Below, one piece after another: positions 1 to 11,723 of a stretch of 64,000 nt of DNA (the stretch's first letter is position 1; the number at the start of each line of letters is the position of its first letter). The notes under the pieces were generated by a model, which was not told the origin of the DNA, made no database searches, and saw only the letters and a list, made by a program, of their open reading frames with translations. A program made the translations under genes and the position numbers. Where the stretch lies: contig CM000433.1 in the NCBI GenBank assembly GCA_000165345.1, positions 480,001-544,000 on the forward strand. Direction: 5' to 3'.

Positions 1-832
<832 letters not shown>

Positions 833-1173
833 ATATTATGGAACAGAAAAACCCTGTCAAAGTAAATTAAATTAACTAGCCAAGTGTACATCTGAGGGAA
901 GGAAGAGAAACGGATTTTTTCCCTGTCTTGGTCTACATTCAAGGTAGACAGCTGTTGTCAATAGAGATGGCAGTATTACTCTAATTTTAAAAAATAGGTA
1001 CGCTTTAAAGTTACTATTCGGCTTTGATCGAAAGACTTTTTCTTATTCTTGTATTCTTTCTTTTTTTCTCATCCTCGCTATGCCCACACTCTTTTTCCTT
1101 TCCTTTACGGAGTGTTCAGAGCCCGCCTAAACTTATGCATGCATTTCTCAGAGAGTGAGAAAAAAAAAGTACT

Positions 1174-2448
1174 CTATTCGAAGAAAATCCTGAAGAAAGG
1201 AGAGTACCTTACGAAGAACCCAAAAATACTTGAAATGATCTGGATAACCAATAGGTAATAAACTAACTGCCTTTCTGTTAAAGGGCCCGTGACCTCCAAA
1301 ACCAGATTAAGAAGAGTAAGATTCTTAGAAGATTCTAGCTTTCCTGTCTTTTTATTTAGTTTAGGAACTCTATGTCTTGGGCAATGAACAATTCCAAAGA
1401 GTTGTGGAATTGAAATAATAAAGTTCAAAATTTGTGGGAGAAAGAAAAGAAGAAGAGTCTTTGAAAAATGCCCCAAAATACTTACAATAGCAAAACAAGC
1501 TCCTGCAAAGTAAGTATAAGTATCGCCAACAAATACCAAAGAAGGATACCTGTTAAAATGGAATAGCGACAGACTTGAAGCTGTAAAGGGAAGTAAGAGT
1601 AAAATTGAAAAAAAATGGTGGTTTGATTTAAAGCTGAATTGCCAATTTGGTAGTATTGTAAGCATCTCAATTATGTTATAAACAATTATTGAAGCTGAGA
1701 TTATTATCGATTGTCCAACTTCTAGACCATTCACTCCTGCATATATATTTATGGAATTTGTACAAAATACTGTCAGGCATAACATATAAAGGTAATAAAA
1801 ATACCCCAAATCTATCAAAATCCTTGCTGAATAGTCTCCACCTGTCTGAAATAAAGGCAAAACTATTTGAGTACCTCCATTATAAGAAACCAAAGTTGGT
1901 AAAGCTGCAAATACTGGTAATACCATCTTATATCTCCATTTCAAATTTAATACATCATCCACAAATCCAAGAAATGTCATCATACAAATTGAAAACAATC
2001 CTGAATTATACTCTAATAATTTTACTGGATCATTACTAAATAGAATTTGGCTGCAAATTGCTGTCATCATAAACATACTTGCCGGTACTATACCTAATGA
2101 TTCTGGTATCTTCTTCTCTACTATATCTTTTTTATCTAATATTACAAGTTCATTGTTTTTACATTCATTTTCTTCCAATAAATTCGTCTTTGAATTAATG
2201 TTACTAATACTGTCACTTCTTTTGTTAATGTCTATTCCAAAAAGACCATTCTCAAGAAGTTTCTCTCCGAATGTTGGAATCAATTTGCTACAAACCAAAT
2301 AAGTTAGCAAAGAAGATATTGAACATATTAGTGTATGTAGAAAATAACTTGTTTTGAATAGAGAAATATTTGTAATCACCAATAATATAATTAATATTGT
2401 TATTATAACAAATTCTCCACTTCTTTGAAATTTATTATTATTTACCAT
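1174..2448 (-). CDS. ALG7: UDP-GlcNAc:dolichyl-phosphate GlcNAc-1-phosphate transferase (ALG7/DPAGT1 family)
   Basis: The start is ATG (plus-strand cat at 2446-2448). The product is a multi-TM protein with FLGFVDDVLNLKWRYKMVLPVFAALP and NSINIYAGVNGLEVGQS, matching DPAGT1 motifs VGFVDDVLDLRWRHK and NAINILAGINGLEAGQS. The C-terminal PQLFGIVHCPRHRVPKLNKKTGKLE is also conserved. Confidence 0.85.
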   Translation of the reverse strand: MVNNNKFQRSGEFVIITILIILLVITNISLFKTSYFLHTLICSISSLLTYLVCSKLIPTFGEKLLENGLFGIDINKRSDSISNINSKTNLLEENECKNNELVILDKKDIVEKKIPESLGIVPASMFMMTAICSQILFSNDPVKLLEYNSGLFSICMMTFLGFVDDVLNLKWRYKMVLPVFAALPTLVSYNGGTQIVLPLFQTGGDYSARILIDLGYFYYLYMLCLTVFCTNSINIYAGVNGLEVGQSIIISASIIVYNIIEMLTILPNWQFSFKSNHHFFSILLLLPFTASSLSLFHFNRYPSLVFVGDTYTYFAGACFAIVSILGHFSKTLLLFFLPQILNFIISIPQLFGIVHCPRHRVPKLNKKTGKLESSKNLTLLNLVLEVTGPLTERQLVYYLLVIQIISSIFGFFVRYSPFFRIFFE

Positions 2449-3030
2449 TATAATTAAGGCTTTAAAGAAGAAAAAAAAATCTGAAATTTTCTATTACTTC
2501 AAATCTTAATAAAATTATTTTAAAAACAAAAAAAGATATATCTTTCTTTATTAATTATTTAGTTTTCAATTCCTTTAATAATCACGTTTTGCTTCTCTCT
2601 TAATAATTTATCAATCATTCATTATACTGACTTGGAAGATATATTCAATAGTTCATAAACTATTTGGTACAAATTCAAGCTTCTTTTTATTATGATCAAC
2701 TTATTAGCTCATTTTATTATTATTGCAATAATCTTATTCTAATTTCTGACTGTTTTCCTTTATATTATTTCCAGTAAATCAGCCAGTATTTCTCCTTATA
2801 TTAGCACACAAACCTGAACAATTTGTCTTTTTTTCAGCCTTAATTACATTACTTTCTTATGTTATTTAATTAAATTTTTATAATAAAATAAATATTGACC
2901 AATTTAAAGCTTAAACAAAAAAAAACCCTCCAGACTTTTTTCTTCTTTTTCCCCCCCTCAACATTTTTTTTTCTCTTCTCTCTCTTTCTCTTTCCCCCCC
3001 CTCCACTCAAATGAACAGCCATGCAATAAT

Positions 3031-6000
3031 TCAATTTCTAGCTTGGCCAGGGGGATAAAAATAAAATGATCCTTGATTTTTGTTAGTTAAACCTTCAACA
3101 TACATATATCTTTTGACTTCTTCAGATCCTCCAGATTTCCCACAATAATAGTTAACATGATAGTTACTTCTTCCTAATTCATTAACATACTTATTATTAG
3201 GTTTGATAAAATATTCGGGATATTTTATTTGAGTATGATTATCTCCACCATTATAGTAGTAACTGCTGGTATTAACGTTATTACTATTACTGTTACTAAT
3301 ATTACTAAAATCCCGAATATTCGAATAATTATTGGATGTTGGGGAATTAGAATTACTACCCAAATAGTAACTGTAATAGTTTTTGGTATTATTAATAGGT
3401 TCTAAACTTTTAGGTGAAATATGATTATAATCTTCATATTCGTAATTGTATTTGGGAGTATTTTCTATAATTACTTGACTGTTTTTTGGGATGTTATAAT
3501 TATTTTTTGGACTAAATACTTTAATAGATTCTTCAGAATTACTTTCTGGATAATCTTTTATATATCTTCTACTAGTTTCTTGAGTAATAATATCATATCT
3601 ATTATTACCTGGCTTAATGTATCTTTCCCTATTGTATTTAATATTTGAGCTGGTACTATTTTTAAAGTTATGATCAGTTTCTATTTCAACTTGATCATTG
3701 TTAGCATATCCAGATTTTAATCTTTGAGCTTTTTTGACTAATCTAGTATTATCAAGAATCTTATATATTTCATTTCTAAATATTGAATCAACTTTTTTAT
3801 CTTTTTCAAGGAAATTGGTTGTTTCAGGAACTTGAGAAGAAGTTGATTGATTTTGATCTTCTTTAATATGCTCAAAATGGGTGTTAACACCTTTTTCTTG
3901 GTAATTATTATTAAATTTTGGAATAATTTCTGTGTTAACTGAAGCATCTAAAAATATCTTAGGATTAAAAATTTCATGTGTTGGTAGTATTTCTTCTATG
4001 ACAATATATCCTTCTTCTTTATTTAAAGACGGTCTTTCATTAATATAATTAGAAGAATCAGGCTGAATATCATCAAATTTTACTTTCAAATCAATATCTT
4101 TTTTAGTATAACTTTCTTCTTGATTAAATATAGAGATTTTGTTGTTAATTTCTCTAAATTTCTTATTAAGCTTATTATTAATTCTATAAAGTTTATTAAA
4201 CTGTTTAATTTTATTAACTTTACTACGAGAATGTTGAGTCTTTAAAGCTTCAGATATAAATTCAGAAGATATGTTTGGATGATCATTTTTTCCTGAACAA
4301 CATTCTAATGCTTGAAAAGAATAACCCACCATACCATGTTGATTCTTGACTTGTTTCTCAGAAATAAGCATTGTATTCTCAAATAAGAATTTGTCTGAAG
4401 ATATACTCATAAACAATGAATCATCAATCTCTTGAATACTAACTTGTTGATATAAATGAGGATGATCTTTGTGTAAATCTTGTTGAAGTTGAAAATTAAA
4501 GTGTGTATCCTTTTCTTCAGCTTGATTTTCAAGGCTATTCATATTATATTCATCAGAATTAAGATTTGCATGAGTATGTAAGTTATTAAATAGCTCATTA
4601 TACTCGTCAATATTTAAATTAGTATTCAAGATTTCATCTTCCATTCTTTCAACCATTGTTTGAGTAGTGTCAAAATGATTTTGATGTAAAAGATGAGTTT
4701 CTTCCTCTTCTTTTTCTTCTTCTTCTTTATTAATAATCGAATTATATTCATTTAAGGAGCTTTCCATTGAAGCTTGAATTTCATGATTAATTTCTATATG
4801 CTCTTGATCTGGAGGCTTTTCAATTGTTCCATGGAAGATATTAAGACGATTAGAGTCAATAATTTCTTGGATTAAAGAAATCTCTGAGAGATCTGGAATT
4901 TGTATGATATTTGTATGATCTTGCTTGTTTGCTATGCTGATATGGCTTAATTCTTCCATAATTGTATTTGAATCTGTTGCTATATTTTCTAGTATCTCAT
5001 CCAAATGATTTGTTTCAAAATTAATCTGATCAACTTCTTTTTGTTGATCTTCTGAATAATTTGAATTACTTACAATATTTAAGTAATTTTGTTCGTCTTC
5101 TTTGCTATTTTGGTTCTCTGTCTCTTTTTCTTCTAATTCTTTTTCTTTGTTTTCCTGATACTCCTTTTCGTCTTCCAATTCTTCTTTGTTTTCCTGTTCT
5201 TCTACTTTGCTTTCCTGATCCTCTTTTTTGTCTTCCATGTCATTATTTTTCTCCGGTTCTTCTTTGTTTTCCAAATCTTCTTCTTTGTTTTTCAGTTCAC
5301 CTTTTTCGTTTTCCAGGTCATTCCTCTTTTCCAATTCCTCTTTTTCGCCCTCCAATTCTTCTCCATTTTCCATGCCATCCTTTTTATCCAAATTTTCTTC
5401 CTTTTCCGTCTCTTCTTCTTTATTTTCCTTCAAATCTTCTTCCTTGTCTATCTCTAACTTTTCAACAGGATTCAATTCTAACTCTGAATCAAGTGAATTA
5501 ACTTGTAACTCTGGATTTATTATGTTTGTTTGAGATTGCTTATTTTCCTCAATAATCTCCTTTTCATTATCTTCTTGTAAAGTGACTGAAGTATGATCTT
5601 TATTTCCTTCTTCTGATAAAGTTTCTACCAAAGGAAGATGTATTTCTTCTATATTGGTTTCTTTTTTCATTTTTCCATGAATAACATTCAGAGGTAATTG
5701 ATTCTTATCATTATTTTTTTCCTTTTCAAAGCAATCAACATCTTGTTTTATATCAACATTTTCTTCTTTATTAATCTCTGAATACAAAACAAATTCATTC
5801 TTCTCTTCCTTATTATCTTCCTCTTCTTCAGTATCATGAATATAAAATTCTGAATCAGAAACTTCATCATTTAAAAAACTACTCTTCTTCAGTTCATCAA
5901 TTGGTTGATTAGAATCAACATTTAAATCATTATTTGTTTTCCTCCTTTCCTCTAATTCATCCAAACTTACTGGCTTTACATAATCCCAAATAGAGTTTGC

Positions 6001-7314
6001 AAAATTATAAATAATTTGTCTTTTGGACTTCCTTATTGGAGTGCTTACCAAAGAACCATTGTGAGAATTACTCAATTTTGTACTTGTATTCATAAGAATT
6101 TCCTGATCATTTATATTACCATAATTATTCAAATGACTTATTATTTCTTGAGATTTGCTTCTTTTTAAATCTTCTACTTTATTCAATTCCACTTTTTCAT
6201 CAAGTGATTCATTATTATTTTCAAATGTCTTATTCTCTTCTAATTTTACATTTGAATTATTAATCTCTTTAGTATTCAATTCAACTTCTTCTATATGACT
6301 TTTAAGCAACTCAGATTCATCATTATCCTTATTTTTACTCTCGCCTTCTATAGTTTTTGACTCACTTTGTTTTCTCTCCAATTCATCCAAACTTACTGGC
6401 TTTACATAATCCCAAACAGAATTTGCAAAATTATAAAGCATCTTTCGTTTAGAAAACTTTTTTGGTGAAGAAGATTCTGATTTACTTACTTCTTGAATAC
6501 TATCGTGATTCTCTTCTTTTTTTGTAGATAAATCCATATCATCTAATGATGAATTAACAATTTCCAATAAATTTCCATGTTTTTTGTCTTTTACTACATC
6601 ATCATTCTTTTTTATGTCATTAATAAATTGATCATTAATATCATCATTTTTCTTTGGTGTTAATTCTTTTTCTTTCTTAATTTTGTCATCTAATATTTCA
6701 TCAAACAAATTTTCATATGTATCTATCTTTTCTTCAGGTTTTGTAAGATCAATAACAACATTATCTTGTTTCAAATTATTAATAATCTCTTCATGTTTCT
6801 CTTCAACTATATCCAATAATTCATCATTATCTGAAGAACTACTACTTTCACTAGAATCTGTATCAAACGAACTATTGTTATATTCACTTACACTTCTAAA
6901 TGAGTCTTCCAAACTTAAAAAACTATTAGTTTTTACTTCTTTATCATCATTTCCATCTTTGATTAAACTTTTGAAATTATTGGAATTTGCAACCATTTTC
7001 TTAGATAATTCTCTTATCATCTTTAATTCATCATTTTCTGTTAGAGTTGTTGATTTCTCTTCTTCAGACTTATTTTTATTCTTATTCAAAGACTTTCTTT
7101 TTTTTTCTGCTTTTTTTAATTCTGATTTAGTCATTAATTTCGTCTCTTTTTCAAAATTCTCATTTTCATTATCATCAGAATTTATAGAATTCTTTTTGAT
7201 CTTTCTTCTTTGCTTATAACTTAAATCATCTAATTCAAATATTGGCTTTGGCTCCAAACCTACGTCACTAAATGATAACTTTTTTGAAGATTTGGCCTTT
7301 TTTAATTTGGACAT
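3031..7314 (-). CDS. large acidic low-complexity (N/E/K/S/D-rich) hypothetical protein of about 1427 aa
   Basis: The ORF-track start at 7326 is TTG; the first ATG is at 7312-7314 (MSKLKKAKSS...). There is no signal peptide. It has E/K-rich heptad-like repeats and an internal duplication encoding NFANS(V/I)WDYVKPVSLDELE. The stop is TGA at 3031-3033. Confidence 0.6.
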   Translation of the reverse strand: MSKLKKAKSSKKLSFSDVGLEPKPIFELDDLSYKQRRKIKKNSINSDDNENENFEKETKLMTKSELKKAEKKRKSLNKNKNKSEEEKSTTLTENDELKMIRELSKKMVANSNNFKSLIKDGNDDKEVKTNSFLSLEDSFRSVSEYNNSSFDTDSSESSSSSDNDELLDIVEEKHEEIINNLKQDNVVIDLTKPEEKIDTYENLFDEILDDKIKKEKELTPKKNDDINDQFINDIKKNDDVVKDKKHGNLLEIVNSSLDDMDLSTKKEENHDSIQEVSKSESSSPKKFSKRKMLYNFANSVWDYVKPVSLDELERKQSESKTIEGESKNKDNDESELLKSHIEEVELNTKEINNSNVKLEENKTFENNNESLDEKVELNKVEDLKRSKSQEIISHLNNYGNINDQEILMNTSTKLSNSHNGSLVSTPIRKSKRQIIYNFANSIWDYVKPVSLDELEERRKTNNDLNVDSNQPIDELKKSSFLNDEVSDSEFYIHDTEEEEDNKEEKNEFVLYSEINKEENVDIKQDVDCFEKEKNNDKNQLPLNVIHGKMKKETNIEEIHLPLVETLSEEGNKDHTSVTLQEDNEKEIIEENKQSQTNIINPELQVNSLDSELELNPVEKLEIDKEEDLKENKEEETEKEENLDKKDGMENGEELEGEKEELEKRNDLENEKGELKNKEEDLENKEEPEKNNDMEDKKEDQESKVEEQENKEELEDEKEYQENKEKELEEKETENQNSKEDEQNYLNIVSNSNYSEDQQKEVDQINFETNHLDEILENIATDSNTIMEELSHISIANKQDHTNIIQIPDLSEISLIQEIIDSNRLNIFHGTIEKPPDQEHIEINHEIQASMESSLNEYNSIINKEEEEKEEEETHLLHQNHFDTTQTMVERMEDEILNTNLNIDEYNELFNNLHTHANLNSDEYNMNSLENQAEEKDTHFNFQLQQDLHKDHPHLYQQVSIQEIDDSLFMSISSDKFLFENTMLISEKQVKNQHGMVGYSFQALECCSGKNDHPNISSEFISEALKTQHSRSKVNKIKQFNKLYRINNKLNKKFREINNKISIFNQEESYTKKDIDLKVKFDDIQPDSSNYINERPSLNKEEGYIVIEEILPTHEIFNPKIFLDASVNTEIIPKFNNNYQEKGVNTHFEHIKEDQNQSTSSQVPETTNFLEKDKKVDSIFRNEIYKILDNTRLVKKAQRLKSGYANNDQVEIETDHNFKNSTSSNIKYNRERYIKPGNNRYDIITQETSRRYIKDYPESNSEESIKVFSPKNNYNIPKNSQVIIENTPKYNYEYEDYNHISPKSLEPINNTKNYYSYYLGSNSNSPTSNNYSNIRDFSNISNSNSNNVNTSSYYYNGGDNHTQIKYPEYFIKPNNKYVNELGRSNYHVNYYCGKSGGSEEVKRYMYVEGLTNKNQGSFYFYPPGQARN
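5951..6437 (-). repeat. intragenic 61-bp near-identical direct duplication (copies 5951-6011 and 6377-6437)
   Basis: tc(t/c)aattcatccaaacttactggctttacataatcccaaa(t/c)aga(g/a)tttgcaaaattataaa occurs twice with 4 mismatches, about 426 bp apart. Confidence 0.8.
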
Positions 7315-8363
7315 TTTTTTTACCAATTTCCTCCCTTTAAGTTGAATATTTCAACACTTTTTTTATATGTAAAATTGGTCTTGCAAGTTAATTAATTCAA
7401 CTATTTGTTATTTTAAATCATACATTAATAACCTTTAAATATTTATTATTAATTATCTAAATGTAATTTTCTCTCAGATTATTTCCACATATACATATAT
7501 ATATATATATTTTTTTTAATTTGGTTTTCCTTAGTTAATCTTGTGCAAATAACTTATTCCTTAATATTATATTCTTTCATTTAATTCTGATGTATTGCTT
7601 TAATACATTAATGCATATTCATTTAATATATCCAACGTTATTTGTCTTTAATTTATTCAATTCTTTCTTTATATTGTCGTTTGACTTTTCAGTCTATTTC
7701 TAATTACTTCTTTCTTTTATATTTAAACATGGTACCATATTTATTTTTTTTACTATTAATAAATACATGTAATTTTTGGCGCCGACTCAATGCAATTTTG
7801 ATCAGGCGTATTTTGTCTTAAATTGACTAAGATAACAAAAATTGATTTGTTTATTATTCTTTATCTTTTTTCTTACATATGGTTGAATTTAGAATATCCT
7901 TTGCTTTCTCTTTAATATATCACTTGAATTCTTGTTATATTCTTTTTGATTTAAGTTTCCTTTCAAACTCATAGTTTGTAGTTATAATATAATAAATGTC
8001 AAAAAAAAAAAAATTCTTTTTTTAATTAATTAATTAAATAATAAATTATTGTCATTTCAGGCCCTTCTTATTATTATTCAAGTTTTAATTTTATGTGGAC
8101 AATTTAGTTTACATTGCATGCAAATTGTACATTCACGCAATACCGGTATGCAATAAAAAAAACTTTTTTCTCTGAATGTTAAAAAAACCGCATGCAAAAA
8201 AAAATGAGAAAAGAGGTTTTAAATATGAAAATATATTTGTTTTTTCTTAAAACAGTTATAAAATCTAAGTTTTGAAATTTTGATATTGTTGGTAAATAAT
8301 GCCAATATATTATTAATTTTCACTTATTTATTTTATTAATTGAAAAGCCACCTTAAGCGGCTC

Positions 8364-9245
8364 TTAAAATAAATAATTCTTTAATATTTTTGAAGTATTG
8401 ATATTTTTATCTTCTTCATACTCATCTCCCTCATCTTCACTCTCATATTTACTCTGATTTTTTATAGGATATGATATCATAGACTTTGATGAAACTTGCT
8501 TAACCTGAGAAAGATGACCTTTATTATTAGAATTTAAAGTTTCATCATTTTCTATGTCTTCAGAAGTAGTATCAGTATCAACATCACTATTAACGGCTTG
8601 ATGTTGATTATAAAGCATATTATTTCTTGCTTGATTTCTCATTTCTTTGAATTTTTCAAATGGATCTTTTTTTACTTTATTTTGCTCAACCGACTCCTTT
8701 GACTTCTCCTCTTTCAAATTTTTACGTTCATTTTCTTTGGCTTCATTTTCCATTTCTTTTGCTTGTTTTTTCTGAAGACGCTCTTGTTTCTTTCTTTCTT
8801 GTTCTTCTCTTCGTTTCTGTCTCTTTAGTTCCTCCTCTCTTTTTTTCTCCAGTTCTTTTTGTTTCTTTAACTCCTCTTCTCTTTTTTTCTCTTGCTCTTT
8901 TTGTCTTTTTAACTCCTCTTCTTTTTTTATTTCTTCTTGTTTCATTTTCTTCTCCATTCTTTCTTGCTTCCTTTTATTTATTTTCTTTTTTTTCATACGT
9001 TTTTCTTTAGTAGATACTCTCTTCTTCGATTTTTTTTTGTCATTTCTTGTACTCTTTTTGTTTTTCCTTTGCTTCTTTTGCTTTTTTTTCTTATTCCTAG
9101 ATTTACCTCTTTTTCTTTTCATCAATTCTAAAATTGAGACTTGTGAAGAATATTTGACGAGGCCTTTTTCCTCCACATCTTTTTCCAAGCTTGTAATATA
9201 AATCAATATTATTGCAATTAATAGCCAAAACTTTGAAATATTCAT
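8364..9245 (-). CDS. secreted, highly charged K/E/R-rich coiled-coil protein (hypothetical)
   Basis: The start is ATG (cat at 9243-9245). The N-terminal signal peptide is MNISKFWLLIAIILIYITSL. The body has (KKREEELK[RK]QKE[LQ]E)x3 tandem repeats and a poly-K/R region. It ends with an acidic S/D/E tail. Confidence 0.5.
   Translation of the reverse strand: MNISKFWLLIAIILIYITSLEKDVEEKGLVKYSSQVSILELMKRKRGKSRNKKKKQKKQRKNKKSTRNDKKKSKKRVSTKEKRMKKKKINKRKQERMEKKMKQEEIKKEEELKRQKEQEKKREEELKKQKELEKKREEELKRQKRREEQERKKQERLQKKQAKEMENEAKENERKNLKEEKSKESVEQNKVKKDPFEKFKEMRNQARNNMLYNQHQAVNSDVDTDTTSEDIENDETLNSNNKGHLSQVKQVSSKSMISYPIKNQSKYESEDEGDEYEEDKNINTSKILKNYLF
8790..8935 (-). repeat. about 45-bp tandem coding repeats (3 units) inside the K/E-rich gene
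   Basis: The plus strand reads ctctttttttctccagttctttttgtttctttaactcctcttct and a near copy. These encode EEELK+QKEQEKKR repeats. Confidence 0.7.
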
Positions 9246-9670
9246 TTCCTCCTCTTTCTTAAACGAGTTATTATTAAAGGTAATAAATTATTACTTGTAT
9301 GAATATCTTTCTTTTGATCTCTATATTATATGCATGTGAATTTATTAATACTATTAAAAGAGGGAAACATTTTCGAAATTCATTCCCACATATTTAAAGT
9401 ACACAAAAGAAAAATATTACATGCATGCATACATGAATTCAATTTTTACATAAAACTACATGCAAAACTTAAGAGTGAGCATGATGAACCAATCAAATTA
9501 AAAAAAAAAAAGAAATAAGAAATTATGTAAGATTTAAATTTCTCTATATTGTGTGGAAAAATCTAAATAAAATTTTTCCTCTTCTTTGTTTTTATTGCAA
9601 TTCATTTTCATTTCATGTTTAATTTGCTTAATTGTTAAGCAGTCATGGCATTTTTAAATAGCAAATTTAG

Positions 9671-9682
9671 TTTGGCGCCAAA
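9671..9682. promoter_or_regulatory. palindromic E2F-like box TTTGGCGCCAAA
   Basis: This is a perfect 12-bp palindrome. It lies in the 1.4-kb divergent intergenic region between the K/E-rich gene (-) and the kinase gene (+). Confidence 0.5.
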
Positions 9683-10674
9683 TCCTCGTCTTGTCGATTT
9701 GATTAAAAATATTAAAAATAAAAAAAAAATTATTTTCTGTTTTTTAATTGAATATTTATAAAATGAATTTTAATAAATAAAAAAAGTAATTTATAATTTA
9801 TTAATGTAATTAAGCAGCAAAGATGTGTTTGTTAATCAGATCTATTATAATCTGATGGTATCTAAAGACTAATAAGAAATTAAGTTATGAAACTTGGAAA
9901 AAACTAAATATCCAGGTCAAAAATGACAATTTTCGTTATAAATCGAAAATAATAATTTCCGATTTTATTCATATTCTCCATATAATTTGGACTGATGTTT
10001 ATTAAATAAAACATTTTTATTGCTTTATAATTTTACTATTATTTTTATTATATTTACTACCAAATATTTTTAATTTGTATATTTCAGACGCATAACCATC
10101 TAATATAAAGTTGGCAAATTATTTAGATGATATTAAAATGATGATAAACAAAAACAATTTGGGTAATTTGCGTCTGAAATTTAATAAGATGCATAACGTT
10201 TTTTTTTATCTGATTAATTTTCATTTTAATAAAAAGCCAAGCTCTAATTGGAACAAATCACTGATATTTTATAACATGAAAATATAATGTTACATTTCTA
10301 TTCTATATTTTTATGTTCACGACAAAGATTTAAAAATGATTTCAGAAGATTATTTTATGACCAATTTGAAAGCTTGACAAAAAACTTAGTGTTTATTGCA
10401 TGTTGATTGTAGCATATTAATTTGACAGATGCCCGCCTTTTATGTCTAGATATTTATATCCATGTAAATCTCAAAATATAAAATAAAGTGATTGAAGTTA
10501 GTTTGAAAATATTTTTATTATTAGATAGTTTTCTTAGATTTAAAAAATATTTGAAATTATGTATGAGGATAGTTGTTGATACTTTGTATAGGAAATCAAA
10601 TATTTCACGGAGAAGAGTGTGAGAATTGAAGACAGTTCATCAATAACTAATTCATCATTATTGAACTAATAATT

Positions 10675-11658
10675 ATGAATTGTACTTTGCCCATTTTAAA
10701 GTATAGCAGAGAATTACAACAAGATCTGCTACTCAGAAATTATGACATTCTGTGGGATGTAGACTTAGGAGGGAGCGAATTTTGTAGAGTAAAACTGGGC
10801 GTTCGCAAATACAATGGTGAATTGGTTGCAATAAAGATAGTAACAAAAACGTTCTGCAGTAACTTTGAAAAGGATGTTGTGTTATATATCCAAGACAAAT
10901 TAACAAGTAATACATCTTTATCCGAACCATTAAATACGAAAAGTTACAATGAATATTTTCCAAAAATTTTTGATACATTTGAAGATATTGATTTTATTTA
11001 CATTGTAATGGAATTGAGTTTTGGTGGTGAGCTTTTTCATTTACTGGTTAGATCTGAAGATAAATTAAGCGAAGAAACTGTGTCACTAATTTTCTCTCAA
11101 ATTTGTAGTGCTTTAAAAGCTCTTCATTCAATAGGAATAATGCATGGAGATATTAAAGCAGAAAATATTACGTTTTCTAAAGAAAGCCGGCTTGATTCAA
11201 TAAAGCTATTAGACTTTGGAAATTCTTGTCTGATGTTAGCTAACGAAAAATCAAGCTTGGGAAAAAATAATGTAGAAACACCAATTTATAATCAATGTTT
11301 TGTATTTAATGATTCAAAAAGAGAAATCCAATTTAATCAAACATATTTTGACTTTTGGTCTTGTGGAAAGCTTCTATACTTGATGCTTACAGGCAAATAT
11401 CTCGAAATAGATTTTTTTGAATGTTTTGACTTTAGTGATAGTACTAAAAAAAAGCTATTTGAGTCGTCAGAATTAAAACTTTGTAGTGACCTTGCTAAAG
11501 ATTTGTTATATAAGCTTCTTTCATATAGTTTTTATCAAAGTGAATCACTTACAATGGACAAAGTTTTGTGTCACCCGTGGTTTAATTTGGCTAAGAATAC
11601 ACCAATAATTAATCATCATATATATCCACACGACGAATTAATCAAAGTAATATCTTGA
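10675..11658 (+). CDS. Ser/Thr protein kinase (CAMK-like, non-RD type)
   Basis: ATG is at 10675. Kinase subdomains are VAIKIV (catalytic Lys), HGDIKAENITF (HGD instead of HRD), DFGNS, and a degenerate glycine loop LGGSEFCRV. Confidence 0.75.
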   Translation: MNCTLPILKYSRELQQDLLLRNYDILWDVDLGGSEFCRVKLGVRKYNGELVAIKIVTKTFCSNFEKDVVLYIQDKLTSNTSLSEPLNTKSYNEYFPKIFDTFEDIDFIYIVMELSFGGELFHLLVRSEDKLSEETVSLIFSQICSALKALHSIGIMHGDIKAENITFSKESRLDSIKLLDFGNSCLMLANEKSSLGKNNVETPIYNQCFVFNDSKREIQFNQTYFDFWSCGKLLYLMLTGKYLEIDFFECFDFSDSTKKKLFESSELKLCSDLAKDLLYKLLSYSFYQSESLTMDKVLCHPWFNLAKNTPIINHHIYPHDELIKVIS

Positions 11659-11723
11659 AAAAAAAAGTTTGATGAGTAATTTATTAATAATATTTTTATA
11701 TATTAATATGCTTTATAGTTTTT

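Noticed and set aside
1049-1258. 69-aa + strand ORF overlapping the 3' end of ALG7
   Set aside because: It overlaps the conserved ALG7 C-terminus on the opposite strand. Its composition is not protein-like.
2935-3012. C-run / polypyrimidine tract (ccccccc...ccccccc) that could form a G-quadruplex on the minus strand
   Set aside because: Only two G-runs of at least 3 are present on the complementary strand, too few for a canonical G4. It is more likely a pyrimidine-rich promoter or UTR tract.
3421-7219. Antisense or + strand ORFs 3421-3648, 5061-5501, 5228-5533 and 6683-7219 inside the 3031-7314 gene
   Set aside because: They are opposite-strand readings of an A/G-rich low-complexity CDS, giving L/F/S-rich junk. 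The long - strand ORF explains the region.
8660-9131. + strand ORFs 8660-9010 and 8937-9131
   Set aside because: They are antisense to the K/E-rich coiled-coil gene and are L/F/S-rich artefacts of the repeat.
9330-9518. 62-aa ORF in the 1.4-kb intergenic region
   Set aside because: It is AT-rich low-complexity ending in poly-K from an A-run. There is no motif or promoter logic.
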